DNA of 64,000 nucleotides from Stegostoma tigrinum (GCF_030684315.1 NC_081383.1:22737942-22801941), one strand, 5' to 3'; shown: positions 13,205 to 26,599, counted from the stretch's first letter. Made by a program: numbers and translations. The notes: generated by a model not told the origin, from the sequence alone.

Positions 13205-13633
13205 TTTAGTCTGAAGAAGGATTCCTGTCTCTGATGTTAGAAGATTGGTAGTTCAAGTCCAAGACCAGGAACTCAAACACGGCAATACATCTAGCATGAT
13301 TGTACAACACATTGACACTTTCAGAGGATATGTTAAATTGAGGCCCTGTCTGCCTTCACCATTAGATTTGAAATATTCCATGGTAGTACGTTAAAGAAGA
13401 GCAGGTGGGTTCTCACCTGTGTCCTCTCTAACTTTCCAAATTTAACTAACATTGTGAAAACATAAGATCCATTATCACATTTTAATATTTGTGAGACTAT
13501 GTTGTGCACTACCTGGCTTTCATGTTTCCCAAATTATAACGATAACAACACTTCAAAAGCACTTCATTGGCTATAAATCACTTTGGAGCATCATTCAATC
13601 ATGAAAACTACCATTTAAGTGCATTTCTTTTTT
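13205..13633 (+). mobile_element. Deu-domain SINE (SacSINE1/AmnSINE1-like)
   Basis: gaggccctgtctgcc...ccatgg...gaagagcagg...ttctcacctgtgtcct central domain; tail cacttcaaaagcacttcattggctataaatcactttgg; B box-like gttcaagtcc. Confidence 0.8.
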
Positions 13634-14570
13634 AGCACAGAGCCAGAAGCCCAAAATTACATCTGTGTTTTGAAATATTATTTGTGATATTAAATCAAAA
13701 CACTCCTAAGTATTGGATGAAGGTCTTGTAGAACCCGGTATGGATAAACTAGTTATCAAGAGCAAATAAATAAGCTGATAGTCACTTGGAGAAAATAAAC
13801 TAACTCTAAGCTAGAGTATTTTTCTGCCAATCGTTTACATAGCAGCAACTGATTATTCCATGCGCTAGACTATTCTGTACTGCTTGTTGAAGGAGGAGAC
13901 ACGGAACAAGACAAACAGGAGTAATCGGCAAGTTTACAGACAACTGGAAACAAGCACATTAAAAAAAAACTTGCTAAAACTGATGTGTAATACCAAACAC
14001 AACAATACTTAGATGCCTTGCAGATGTGGAAAACACTAGTCATTTTCTTGGAAACACATCAGATTGATCATTTCAATCTGGTGAGTCACGCCTGATTCGT
14101 TTCATTCTGGATAAAGCTTCTTTCAGCTTTCACACAATGAAAATTTCATCATAAACCACATTATTGCTATTAACCATATTTGCATAGTTTGTACCACTGA
14201 ATTACTTCACTTTTCAATTTTGGTCATCCTAAACTCTTAGGATGGTGAGATGTGTATTAACATTTTGAGTAACTTTTTTTTCAATTGTTGAAAATTCTTT
14301 TTGAAATTGTTGCAACTGCAATAATTTTGCTTCTCCATTACAGAGGAGAAAGTTTAAAATAAAAATTGGACTGCTACACCACAGATTTGGGAGTCGAGGC
14401 TGAAGTTCTGCCACTCTCAGATGCAGTTATGTGACATGGCTCAGTTATCAAACATGTGGTTTAGCAGGAGTGGTGGGCTGACTCAGTGCAGGCACCCACA
14501 GCCAACAGGCCGTCTTCTGGCACAGAATGAAGTGGCGTTATACCCACAGGATTGCAGAGATTTGGTTTGA

Positions 14571-14748
14571 GATCAGAGATAATGGGAACTGCAGATGCTG
14601 GAGAATCCAAGATAACCAAGTGTGAAGCTGGATGAACACAGCAGGCCAAGCAGCATCTGATGAAGGGTCTAGGCCCGAAACGTCAGCTTTTGTGCTCCTG
14701 AGATGCTGCTTGGCCTGCTGTGTTCATCCAGTTTCACACTTGGTTATC
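14571..14748. mobile_element. PLE terminal-repeat mini-element (family 1), fold-back
   Basis: Arms 14611-14658 and 14701-14748 are complementary at 47/48; 40-nt tail 14571-14610; flanking repeat agagatttggt (14556-14566, 14749-14759). Confidence 0.9.
14657..14684 (+). ncRNA. Minimal type I hammerhead ribozyme motif
   Basis: CUGAUGA-A-GGGU(CUAG)GCCC-GAAA-CGUC: both conserved core boxes, 4-bp stem II, palindromic ACGU in place of stem III, GUC cleavage triplet. Confidence 0.75.
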
Positions 14749-16700
14749 AGAGATTTGGTGTGCCCTGTTTCTACAGTTGAAGGGGATTGTGTGAAACTTA
14801 GAGCCCCAGAAGAAAATGGTGTGGGAAACAGGTAAACAAAATTGGAAGCATTAAGGTTAAAAATCAGTTTCAGGAAATTGGTGAGTGCAGTTGGTTGGCG
14901 TAGGCTTTTCATCAAAAGAATGCATGAAACTCTCCTTTAATCGAAAAGACTGGCCCAGAAGAGTTGAAACATGTGTCACAGTTATGAGTGAAAGAGTCAG
15001 AAATGGAAATTCGAACTGCAATAATGAGAAAACATCTCAAACTGTAATTCTTCAAGATTTTTTTTCATTTCATTCAATGTTTAATCAAATATGGCATGCA
15101 TAGAGGGCCTTGAGAACAAAAAGGGCTGATTTATTGCGGATAAGTGTCTGATACATAAATAGATACTTTTACTTTTTTTATTAATTCATATGACACGTAA
15201 ATTGCTGACTAGGTCAGCACTTGTTGCCGTCCTCTACTTCTGTATTAACTAGAACTAAATGATTCATCTTTCTTGGAGACTATTGGTGACAGTATTGATC
15301 CAAATCATGGGGAAGATACAATGGGCCAAATGAAGCAGCCTTTAAAGTACGCAAGGGCATTGGGCAATTTCACCAAAGAAGCCACCTAAGCTCCTGGAAA
15401 AATTCAATCACAAGCCAGCCCATCAGAAAAGTTGCCCCCGTAAGTAGAACTGTTAGAGTTTTGGAGGAGACATTCCTCCAAGCAGAGTCTGGTTTTCTCT
15501 CACATTTGTAGCTAAAAGACCCATGTTAGCCCATCAGGAGCAAATGCAGGAGAGAGAAGATGATGGTGGCAGTCTGCAAAACTGGAAGTCACAAGGGTTG
15601 GGGGAACAGAGAGAGAGAGACTGCCAAAGCTAGGGAGAGGGTGAGAGCAAGGGAATGTTGCAAAGACAGGGAAGAGAGTCGGGAAAACCTAGAAGGAAAG
15701 TCTAATAAAACTTGCAAAGGCCACACACTGGCCCAATCTGTTTTATATGCCTCAAAATGGAGCTCCACCACAAACAGAATGTTCATTTTCAAGTTTTACT
15801 GTTTTCTTTCATTGGACTTTCCCCAGGGAAGGATGAGTGAGGGCTTTTAAGTGTAAGGGAAGATGGCAAAGGAGGTGAAACTTTTCAAAAAAGTACTCAA
15901 TCAACTGGGTGCTAGGGAAACTGAGGTAATTAATTCCTTGCAAATGAATGTGGAGTCTCTAGCTTAAGGCCTTGTAGGTTCAGGAGCTACATTAATTGCA
16001 CAAAATATAGTGGCTGCTATTGTATGAAAAACTGTGTGAATTGAATAATTTAACATTCTAAATCATCGCACATTCTGTGAATTTCTTGAGGTGTATTGAC
16101 TATGCTATAAACAACATGCAGCAATTTAATTACGATGTCATTTGGCTAGGGAGAGCATGCTTAGGGTGATGGTACTTTGTGTGTTGGAGGTGTGTGTCAG
16201 ATTTTTTAAAAGTGGCTGCTAACTTAAGCCTGCTGTCTTGTGTCCATTTAAACAATGCGAGGTCTTGGTCTTTAGTGATTTATTTGTATGCTGTAGTTCT
16301 TTATATTTAACGCAGGAATGGTGAATACTGAGGATACTTTTAATTCAGCTTCTGTGTGAGTCCAACACCTTGACATGACTCATTAAAATCAGAATTAGTC
16401 AGAATGAAAAAGGGTATACAAAAAGCTAATAATTTGTCACAACAAAAACCTCAAGCAGAGTTTTTTAGAGGAAGAAAGATTATTTTGATACCTGATCTAA
16501 AGCTGAAATCTGTGCACATTCATGGGAATAGTATGATCAGCTATACTATTTTCAAGTCAGGCCACACCTGACCTTTACAACGATTGACAGTACAACTGGT
16601 CACCTGAAAATGGAATGTTTTGATTCTTGTTTCCATTGTCTTTCCAGCAAATTGAAGGAAATCAATAGCATTCAATGTTTATAACGTGTTTACGATCATT

Positions 16701-17052
16701 GCTTAGAAAGGGTGGGTGCTGGGAAGTTGTTTCCATTAGGCGAGGAGACTAGGACCCGTGGGCACCGCCTTAGAATTAGAGGGGGTAAATTTAAAACTGA
16801 AATGAGGAGACATTTCTTCAGCCAGAGAGTGGTGGACCTGTGGAATTCATTGCCACGGAGCACAGTGGAGGCCGGGACGTTAAATGTCTTCAAGGCAGAG
16901 ACTGATTAAATTCTTGATCTCGCAAGGAATCAAGGGCTACGGGGAGAGTGCAGGGAAGTGGAGTTGAAATGCCCATCAGCCGTGATTAAATGGCGGAGTG
17001 GACTCGATGGGCTGAATGGCCTTACTTCCACTCCTATGTCTTATGGTCTTAT
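16701..17052 (+). mobile_element. Young CR1 LINE 3' end
   Basis: ORF 16712-16909 KLFPLGEETRTRGHRLRIRGGKFKTEMRRHFFSQRVVDLWNSLP is a CR1 ORF2 C-terminus; tail tcctatgtcttatggtcttat. Confidence 0.92.
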
Positions 17053-19475
17053 AATGAAAAAGGAACTATCAATCTTTAACTTCCATCAGTTGACTTTAAT
17101 GCCTGAGCTTTTAATGGTCTCAAGTAGGACACCACTGACTTAAAATGGCTTCTGTGATCACACAAAGAATATGAAACTGGTGGCACAGGATTTACCATTT
17201 TAATCAAGGCCCTGTAACACTGAGACAAAAAAAAATGAATCACTTGTTTTGGAAAAAAATTGAATTCACAGATGGGAACTGAAAATTCGCTCGTAAAGTG
17301 TTCATTTTTAAATAAGGTACAGAGGTGGACTAGAAATATACAAATGAATCATATTTCAGTAACAAAGATGAATAAAATGATATGGACTGGTAATAGCAAG
17401 AATGTTTCAAGTTCTTCTCTGGATTAAATTGGCTCCTTTTGTTTTGATTTAGTTAATTCTGTTTTATTTGAAGTGAGATAGCTGCAAGCTTAGAAACAAA
17501 CACTTTCTTGCGTCTGACTGACAGAAGGTGTTAAAAACACAGGAGTCGATCACCCCTCCTCACCTTGCAATAACATGGGCCTAACTGATTTTGTGTGTTA
17601 GACCGAACATTGTAAAACATGTCTTTAAATCCCTATTTTCTTAGTAAGCAGAAAAATATTTTTTAAAAAATTGGTTTGATTTAAGCTTTATTGTCACATG
17701 TACTCAAGTGCAGAAGCGGAAAAGTATACAAGTCGCCACAGACAGTACAAGGTTCACTTACAACAAAAAAAAACTTTATTCTGTCACTAATACTCAATGC
17801 AGCCACTAGTAACTAATATTTCCTCAATTTCACCATAAATAACAATGAATAGATGCACATCTATTCCAAATCTATAACTGTATAACAGGCTCAGTCAGTG
17901 GGACACTATTGTAGTTCCGTCCAGAAAAGGAGAGCATACATTTTTATTAAATTCTGCAAAATGAATTCCTAGAATGTGACAAAAATAGAGAAGTTATAAG
18001 TCCACATCAGCAAACCACAACAGAGTCTGGAATGGACTATCCTCTAATTTGAAAAAAGAAATCAAGTCTAATGATATTTCAGCAACTGCCCTCACTCACT
18101 CAATGACTCCAGTTACGAGGCAGGTCTTGGCACTGATTGGATATAATTATGTTGTAAATCATATTCAACTCTCAAACAATAATGAAGATTTCTATTTATT
18201 CTATATCAGTATCAATAGGTGAGATCACATCTTTAGATTAAATATTAATAACTAGTTACCATCTACTATCTGGCTACAGAATTATTGCGTCTTGCTATTG
18301 TGTAATCTGGGACTTTTTCTATTGTTGAGGCCGAGGCTAAGGCACTGAAGGAACACTAGTATTATTAACAACTGATAAAATGATTTTAACAGGTTACTAT
18401 GTCCATGTGACTTAAGAGGAGATGATTCAGCATTGGTTAGGCATGTTTGCGAAATCCTAATAAAATGCAGTGAAAGGACACTTGTCTTGGCTTCATGCTT
18501 TGCTTGATGTCATAGTTTCAGATAGCATGTCCTATCCATTTTTCATATATATCTTCCTCTTTCTGTGAATGTATGCATTAAAAATGTAGCTAACAAATAA
18601 AACTGAGGTAGACATGGAAGCTCAGGTTTTAACTCTCAGTGGGATGCAGGCTTTGAATTTGTCAGATCAAGATCACATGTGGCCTGGGATATTTAAATAC
18701 AGGGATGGGAAGTTGGGGATGTGGAAGACAAAGCAGGCAGCGAATCATCCAACCCCTCGTGAGAGTATATAGCCTCACTTCAGATGCCAGATTTCTACCC
18801 AAAGCCAGCTGGGAGGACTGGGAGGTGGGTATGTAGAGGTGGCAAATCTGGCTTCAGCCAGAAAAAAACAAAGAAAATGGTGTCCAGCAAGTGTAACTGA
18901 AGGTTACACTCATTTGGAGGAGGCAGAGGAGCTGCACCTAAAAGTTGGGGAGGTTCAGATTAATTTATTGTTCCATAAGGAGTGTCTCAAAAATTTCTTA
19001 CCTGGGCCACCTCTCACCAATGCTGCTTGTCACCAACTTTTGCTGTGCCTTAGAGGATGTGAGGTATTCACACATCTCCGAGTTAACTGCCATCAGGGTC
19101 AGAGTCAGGGTTGTAGGCTGTGCCTGTCTGTGAAGGCAGCTTTCATATTCCAAAGAAACTAGTTGTTTTGTTTTATCCAGTTAACCCCCCAACTAGTTCT
19201 CACTGGATGGGGAGTACAGGGGTTTCTTTTCTGCTTGGTAATGTCCAGCAGAGGCAAAGGAACAATGACCTCCTTTCAGATAATGTTCAGGGTATTACCA
19301 CTTTGGCTATTTGCCACACATCTTGTTGTCGGGGGACTAACTGCATCTCCGGTCTCATTTATAAAGAGATCAGTGGCATCCTGAAGTTTTTTTCAAAAAA
19401 ATGGTGTCAAACTTTTAATCAGAGCTCTGATTGTATTTACAAAATGTTTCTCACACAGTTTTAATAATATGAACT

Positions 19476-20146
19476 GCAGTGGTCATATGGCACAGTTGGT
19501 GGTGCCCTGCTTCTGAGCTAGCTGCTGCAGGTTTGAAATTGGATGGGTCTTGTTTGTTTCCCTCAGAGATCAAAGATTGAGAAGCAAACCGATAAAAGCA
19601 TACACGATTGAGTGGCATAAATAGGTTGGCCAGGAAGGCACTTATTCATTAGTAGAGAGGTCAATAACCAGTGGCATAGATTTTAGAGTAGAACAGTCAG
19701 GGTAGAATTGAGGAGAACTGTTTTTTTTCTACTTAGAGGGTGGTGGAAATCTGGAACTCATAGTCTGAAAGGGCTGTTGAGTAAGAAACGTTTCTAAGAT
19801 TTAAGCAGTAGTTTGACATTCAGTTGCATTGCCAAAGGCACCAGGAGTATGGGCCGAAAGATGGAAAATAGGATTAATGGAATCAGATCTTTGTCCACCA
19901 ACATTGGCAAAATGGGTCAAATGGTCTCCTCCTGTGCTTAATCTAGAAGTCTGTGCTTTCCACTCCAGAACTTTATGGCCAAAGAAGGTGTGTTCATAAA
20001 GTGGTCAAGCATCTACTTGCAAATCCTTCCAGCTCATGTTACTGGGTGGCTGTAAGGGCAGCAGAGAATTCTGGTCAGCCATATGATGGAAAGAAAGTTT
20101 GAGCCTCAACAGTCATTATTTATAGCTGCCAACTACAACATGTACA
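19476..20146 (+). mobile_element. tRNA-derived SINE-like element interrupted by a CR1 3' fragment (about 19540-19950)
   Basis: Head tggcacagttggtggtgccctgcttctgag...caggtttgaa, then CR1 C-terminus (agagggtggtggaaatctggaactca), then resumption at ccactccagaact. Confidence 0.5.
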
Positions 20147-20437
20147 TTGTCACAGGAATTTGGTCTCCCTGAAAGAACTATAAAACACCCCCATAATAAT
20201 ACAAACTGCTTCATGTGCAACATATTTAGCACAACTTCCAACTCAACCTCCCTTATATTTGAGTATTCCTGCCATAGCAATCCATTTTTTCAAACCCAGC
20301 TGAGTTTCCATTATCAGGCTTTATTTTTGTCATTCCTGGAGCAAATAAAAACAAACCATATTCTTGACTTGTAAGCACTTGCAATGATATATTTGCCAAC
20401 TAAAGTATGTGTGATGAGATTTTTTTAGTCTAATAAA

Positions 20438-20778
20438 ACAGAATCCCTATAGTGTGGAGGCAGATCATTTGGCCCATCGAGTCCACATTGACCCTCAAAA
20501 GAACATACCACCTAGACCCATCCCTCTAACCTCACATTTCCCATGGCTAATCCATCTTGCCTATGCATTACTAGACATAATGCACAAATTAGCATGATCA
20601 ATCCACCTAACCTGCACATCTTTGGACTGTGGGAGGAAACTGGAGCACCTGAAGGAAACCCATGCAGACACGGGGAGAATGTACAAACTCCATGCAGACA
20701 GTCGTCCGAAACTGGAATCAAACCTGAGTCCCTGGTGCTGTGAGAGTACAGTGCTTACCAGTGAGCCACCACGCCACC
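20438..20778 (-). mobile_element. HE1-type V-SINE
   Basis: Same tail, V-domain and head as 4778-5063. Confidence 0.9.
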
Positions 20779-21885
20779 TCTAGCATTTGTTAGTTTACCT
20801 GTGTGACAATGACAACCTTTCAACATTTAGGCCTGAATTCTCAGAAGGATGGTGAAGGTTGTCACAACATTGCTGAAGTCCCAAGGGCAGGCTGTTATTT
20901 CGTACATCAATCATTCACAAAGGCAACTGTACATCTTAATATTCAGCTGCCTTCAGTCAGATGCGATTTTCACTAGTGGGACATCCAAAACAACTCTTGT
21001 GGACTTTAGGTGAAGGAAAAGGTCTGAAGCTGGAGTATTTTTTATTAGTGGGAGCCCTTTTGGTTAGATGCAAAGACAGTTTTGGGATTGTTAAAAGTAG
21101 ATATGAATGTGAAGAAAAATGGACAAGTGAATGATTTATGCTTTCAAGAGAATTCTCAAATTGCTTAGGCATTAAATCTCTTGATCTTTAAATTTCGCGG
21201 AAAAATATCTGGACTTTTAAAAAAATGTAATGCTTGCTATTTCACTCTTTGGTGACATAGGCTCAGGTTTCTCCTTTTATTATTTGCGCTGCATGGCTGA
21301 TTTTACAACCTGTCATTTTCACAGTGTGTCAATTCACAGCTCATTTACAGTTCCATGTGCTTTTTATATATTTGAAATGGACCTATGATTAGAAATCTTA
21401 TTTATATAAGCAATTAAATAGTTGGAAGGGAAGGTAGTGAATGGGTTTAGACTGTTTTTTGCAGGAGTGGATAAAGGAGCCTGGGCTAAGATAGATGGGG
21501 CATGGGGTGTGTCAGAATGGATAGCGGAGGTATGTAAGGGTAACAGCAGGAACGATCTTTTTGCTTCTTTTTAATGGAGGTCTTGATGATTGAGGCAATT
21601 TTTTCCCCTATAGTTCTATGCATCCAGAAGGTCTTGTGACTACTTTGGTATTGTGGGCCTGCCTGTAGCGAACAGCAGCCACCATCACTGGAAACTCCCC
21701 TCAGGGCAAAATCAGAGCTACTTCTGTTTTAAAATAAAATGGTCTCCATTATTGCTGTTGAGGAATTTCTAAACTATGTAGCATTTGATTCTGAAGTTCT
21801 TCACAGGATTAGAACTGAATAATGCCTGATTTTTAGGAAATTTCCCTTCTGTACACACACACTGAGCAAGTACTATTTAAAACAG

Positions 21886-22098
21886 GATAACCAAGTGTGA
21901 AGCTGGATGAACACAGCAGGCCAAGCAGCATCTCAGGAGCACAAAAGCTGACGTTTCGGGCCTAGACCGATGAAGGATCTAGACCCGAAACGTCAGCTTT
22001 TGTGCTCCTGAGATGCTGCTTGGCCTGCTGTGTTCATCCAGCTTCACACTTGGTTATGTTGGATTCTCCAGCATCTGCAGTTCCCATTATCTCTGATC
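21886..22098. mobile_element. PLE terminal-repeat mini-element (family 1), 81-bp palindrome
   Basis: Arms 21886-21966 and 21978-22058 with 2 mismatches; 40-nt tail 22059-22098; TSD actatttaaa(a/g)cag (21872-21885, 22099-22112). Confidence 0.92.
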
Positions 22099-23594
22099 AC
22101 TATTTAAAGCAGGGTTCTTTTCTATTATTGCTCCTCTGTTGGAATTTTTAAGAGTTGTATCATATTTTGAGGGTGCATTTAACTTATGTCAGAAAACCAG
22201 CCCTCCAACAGGTGCACTGAATATCAAAACCCTAAAGATATTAAACATTTGTGAACCCAAAATAGGGTTTTCATAAACTGAACAGCATCATGGATAAACT
22301 TCTAAAAAGGAATATATGTAAGAAAATAACATTTTTAGAATGTAGATAAAACAAATATCAATCTGACTCAAAACCTGCCAATTTGGGAAGATTCAGATTT
22401 ATCTGATTTTATTGATGATGCATTATTTTAGATTATAAAGGTCACGGCAGATTAGGTGGTGTGGTAGGTTTCGACATTATCATTTCTGCTTTTGACCTGG
22501 CTTTACACATTGATGGAATGAATATCCTTTCTGACAGCTAGCTATGAGGCTCCTAAGGGAACAGTGGCAGAGATCCATCCCTTCTGAGATATCTTCTCAA
22601 GATATGTATAAAGAGGAAATCTCTCTATACAACTGTTTGTACTGTAGGGACAAGCTGTAAATTACCAGCCTCCAGACTGAACTTAAATGTTCTCACAGAT
22701 GCTGCAAATGACAGTTAACACCGTATCTATTTAAAAATCAGCCAGCAATCTCACTCACATAAACCACAAGGATGGCTGCTGTTCTGAACAGAAACATCAT
22801 ACTGATGCAGTGAAAGGGCTCTTCTGTGATTAGAATTATAGCATATTGCTGCTGGAAAACAAGATGGACCAATATTAATATTTAACTCAGGGTACTCTCT
22901 ATTTCGAACAGTTCGATGTTCAAACAGTAGAAAAATGTTTGTATCAAATCCAAGTCAGGAGTGATGTTCCCCTAAGTTCAATGAAAATAAAACAACAAAA
23001 AACTGCAACACCACAGTTTCAAATCTTTGAACAGTGGTCGCAGCATGTTAACTATTATTGTAAACCAAACACAACATGCCTTGTTCAGAATCATAAATTG
23101 GAATCCAAATTACTGATGCTCCGTCAGTGGAAATACACCATTATGTCAACTGGCTCCAGGCACCTTTTAAAAAATAGTGAGTAGGACCGAGATACAGAAG
23201 TTCCACTTCCATTTGTGGCTGATCCAGCTTTTGCCAGTGGGGGCAGGGCATGAATCACAGCTGCAAGAAACAAATTCAGCAAGGCTCCTTGTTCTGGGAA
23301 TACTGTGCGGTACAATGGGGTTAGAATTGAACAAGAAGGACGCCACTGCGGGTGATAGCTTAAGGTTAATGAGCTGAGGTTAGTAAGATATCATGAGAAA
23401 ACGTACCGGGGTCGCGGTGATAAACGCTCCAAAAATCTCACCACAAATCGCACTTATCAAAAAAATGGAAGATTCAGCTCTTTGAGATTTCCTCTCCTTC
23501 TTCTTCTACATTTCAGAGAATAAGGCACAATCGCCACCACCCCAGGAATGAGTCTGCTGTCCTCTTCTGCAGAGGAAGAATTATATTCTTCTTT

Positions 23595-23730
23595 TTGCAA
23601 GGGGACTAGAACTGCACACCATATTCCAACTGCAGGCTAACCAGTGCTCTATATGACTGAAGGAAGACTTCTATGCTCCTGTGCTCAAATCATCTTGCAA
23701 TAAAGGTAAGGACAATGTTTGTCTTCCAAA
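23595..23730 (-). mobile_element. CR1 LINE internal fragment
   Basis: ggggactagaactgcacaccatattccaactgcaggctaaccagtgctct encodes an LVSLQLEYGVQF-like CR1 motif on the minus strand. Confidence 0.7.
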
Positions 23731-24557
23731 TGTAGATAATATGACTTTAAAAAAAAAACACTACAGGGTAATACAAGTTTATACAGGGAATTCTTTTTGG
23801 GTTGTTGGATTCCAGGTGAATCAATTGAATGGAATTGAATAAAATACATCCCTCACAAGGTTTGCCAGGTGTTGTGGTGTACTACATGCTCAATAACAAC
23901 CATTCACCACAGTAATCCTTCCAGGGACAAATGAATGCTTATAGCAACAAATAGCTGTGATAAACTTTTTTGTTTGTGGTAGGTTCAGCTCCTTCCAATA
24001 GTATGTAGGAGACAGCTGATTTGATTCAGCAGCACCCGGTTTAATTTATGCCTTCGAACACTGTCATTGTTTATATTCATTTATAACATTACTAAAGAGT
24101 AGATGGTTGTACAGCCTATGCAATTTGAAGCAAATATCTAATGACCCATGATATTTTGTATTACAGTTAATGGATGAAATTGGAAAGTTATTTCTAAGGA
24201 ATTATTCCACTAATCTTAGTAATCGCCACATTGTTAATGTTCTCTTGATGACTAATGTGAACAGGATCTTTAAAATCCTTTGGTCCATACTTGCTTGAAT
24301 TTTTTTCCAATGTGCTAGATTTTATAATTTTCTAAGTAAAATATTCTCTGAAAAGTATTGGGAATATCAAAAAAAGTCAAACGAAAACTCTCAGCTATTA
24401 TACCATGTAGATGAACAGTCTTTTACGCACTCAAACTCTATTCAACTTTTTTCATGGTATTATATAAAATTAAAATAATATCCTTTCTTATTATGGATTT
24501 TTTAAAATGGGAATATGGGCTATGTCAGTCCCTGTCCAATAGCTATGAACTAAACAT

Positions 24558-24708
24558 AGATAACATAGTGTGGAGCAGGATGAACACAGCAGGCCAAGCA
24601 GCATCTTAGGAGCACAAAAGCTCCTGAGATGCTGCTTTGCCTGCTGCGTTCATCCAGCTCCACACTTTGTTATCTCGGATTCTCCAGCATCTGCAGTTCC
24701 CATTATCT
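24558..24708. mobile_element. PLE terminal-repeat mini-element (family 1), hairpin lacking the hammerhead core
   Basis: Arms 24558-24613 and 24620-24675, loop acaaaa, tail to 24708; flanking repeat ctatgaactaaa (24543-24554, 24707-24718). Confidence 0.88.
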
Positions 24709-26599
24709 ATGAACTAAATATGTTTGCTAGAAATTAGAATGTTGGAAGAATCTATTTTATTAACTGTGTGAAAGTTCCAGCACCAGAAAGAATCATATGA
24801 TGTGGATCACAAGGATTTTCAGCTATTGATTCCTACCATCTTGAATGAAGCACTTCCAAGAAAAAAAATTACAGTACTCCTCAGGATCTTGGCCAAAACT
24901 CTTAATTCTGATTTCAACTGGAGGTTACTCTTGTGTGAGAAAATATTTCATTTTTATTTCTCCTAGCTTAGTCACAAATTGAGTCAGGTTACTGGACATT
25001 TACATGAATGCTTTCATTATGTTTTCAATGGCTGACACTATGTAACTTCATTGGTGTCTACTTCCATGTACATTGGTTCTCTGTTGATTTGTGGATCTTA
25101 AACTAATTTTAGAATCTCAGATGAAAACTTTCAGATTACAAAACAGTTAACATCGCCTTGTATTTACTTTATCTAGGTGTTATCATTTTAGCTATTAATA
25201 TGAGTCAACCAGTGATATTTAACTTTCTTTCCAGCACTGTTGACTAAGCGTAGGCTCAGTGTCAAGTACTATGCACATGTAAATAAAAGGTGACTTGATG
25301 ATGGGATACCGGCCTCTGCAGTTATTTCTTTGGCCTTTGTATAATTTACTCTCAGTTTTATATATCTACAATTTGGCAGCTACAGCATATAAGAATACAA
25401 GTGTCCGTCTGGTCAAGAACACTAGCCTGAAATTGTGCTTGAAAGACAGAGTTATTCACATTAAATTCCAGTTCATATTTGGAAAATAATAAGCAACTGT
25501 CTCTAAATTGCATACTACAAAAGGGAGGCAGAATCCTGCAGTCGCCATTTATGCTACTGCACTCTTCTCTCCACCCCCACCCCATCTTTACTGTAATAGC
25601 ACATTTCACACAGTGGTTAGAGCTGTAACATTGTTGGTGACCCTACAAGGCAGGCCTGGATTAGCAATTTTGCTGTAAAAGCGGAAAGCATTGGAGATTG
25701 TATAATTTACTTTACCAAAGACTTCATGGTGCTTCATCAGAACTACAGACCCAAGGGCTTTGATGCTATCAAGTATTTTTTATTAATTCTCCAGTGACTC
25801 AAACCACACTTTTTTTTCCAGATGTAAGGCAGCACGATATGGGATTTCCACTTTCCTGATTATTTCTGACTTTCTTGTTTATTCACAAAATTGTCAAAAG
25901 GTATAACAACTTGAGACTAAGGGTCAAAATGTTGATTAAGCAGTGCTCGGGCTACGGTGCTACAGCTCATGCGTAGAATATGCATTGCTAAGTACAACAC
26001 AGCACTTCATGTATTGCTAGAGGGTTTTTAATAACTCAGTGCACAGGACATCGTGTTCTTTTATTGCTGTGTTTTCTGCCCCTCCTTCCCAGGGACTTTG
26101 CCAAACTCTTCCTTGTGTGAAAATACAGACAGACTTTTGCAAATAACTTTCAATATGATCACATCTGAGGCTAAAACTGTGGCTTGCAGTATGATATTCG
26201 CACAATGCTAAGGTCAATCTTCTAAACAGATCGTACTGTGGAACGTTCCAATTGGTGCCATGCCAATAAGCTTAGTAGCATTTCCAATTCCAAACCTCCA
26301 CCCCCCTACCCCACCCAACCAACAATCCAACCCCCCAATCTTCAGATTTAAAATTCTGGATGAACTTACAGCAATCGAACAGAATCCAAATGCTGTTGGA
26401 ACGAAAGACATGTGGAAATTATATGTGAAACAACGCAAATTTACAGTTACGGATTTAACTTATTTTTTAAAACAAACGTACCCCTCCCCGCTACTAAACA
26501 AAACTGATAGCAATAAGGCAAGACTAATGGATGCGATACAGTATATTTTTAAGTGCTGTTGTTGTCATTCTGACATGCAAGTTGTTAAGGTGAGGGCAC

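Noticed and set aside
15250-15960. Possible solo LTR with a GA-rich tract and ORF 15560-15850
   Set aside because: No TG...CA termini or TSD found; the ORF is low-complexity
23489-23560. Strong polypyrimidine tract plus CAG at 23516
   Set aside because: No donor follows; frames stop or run into a CR1 fragment
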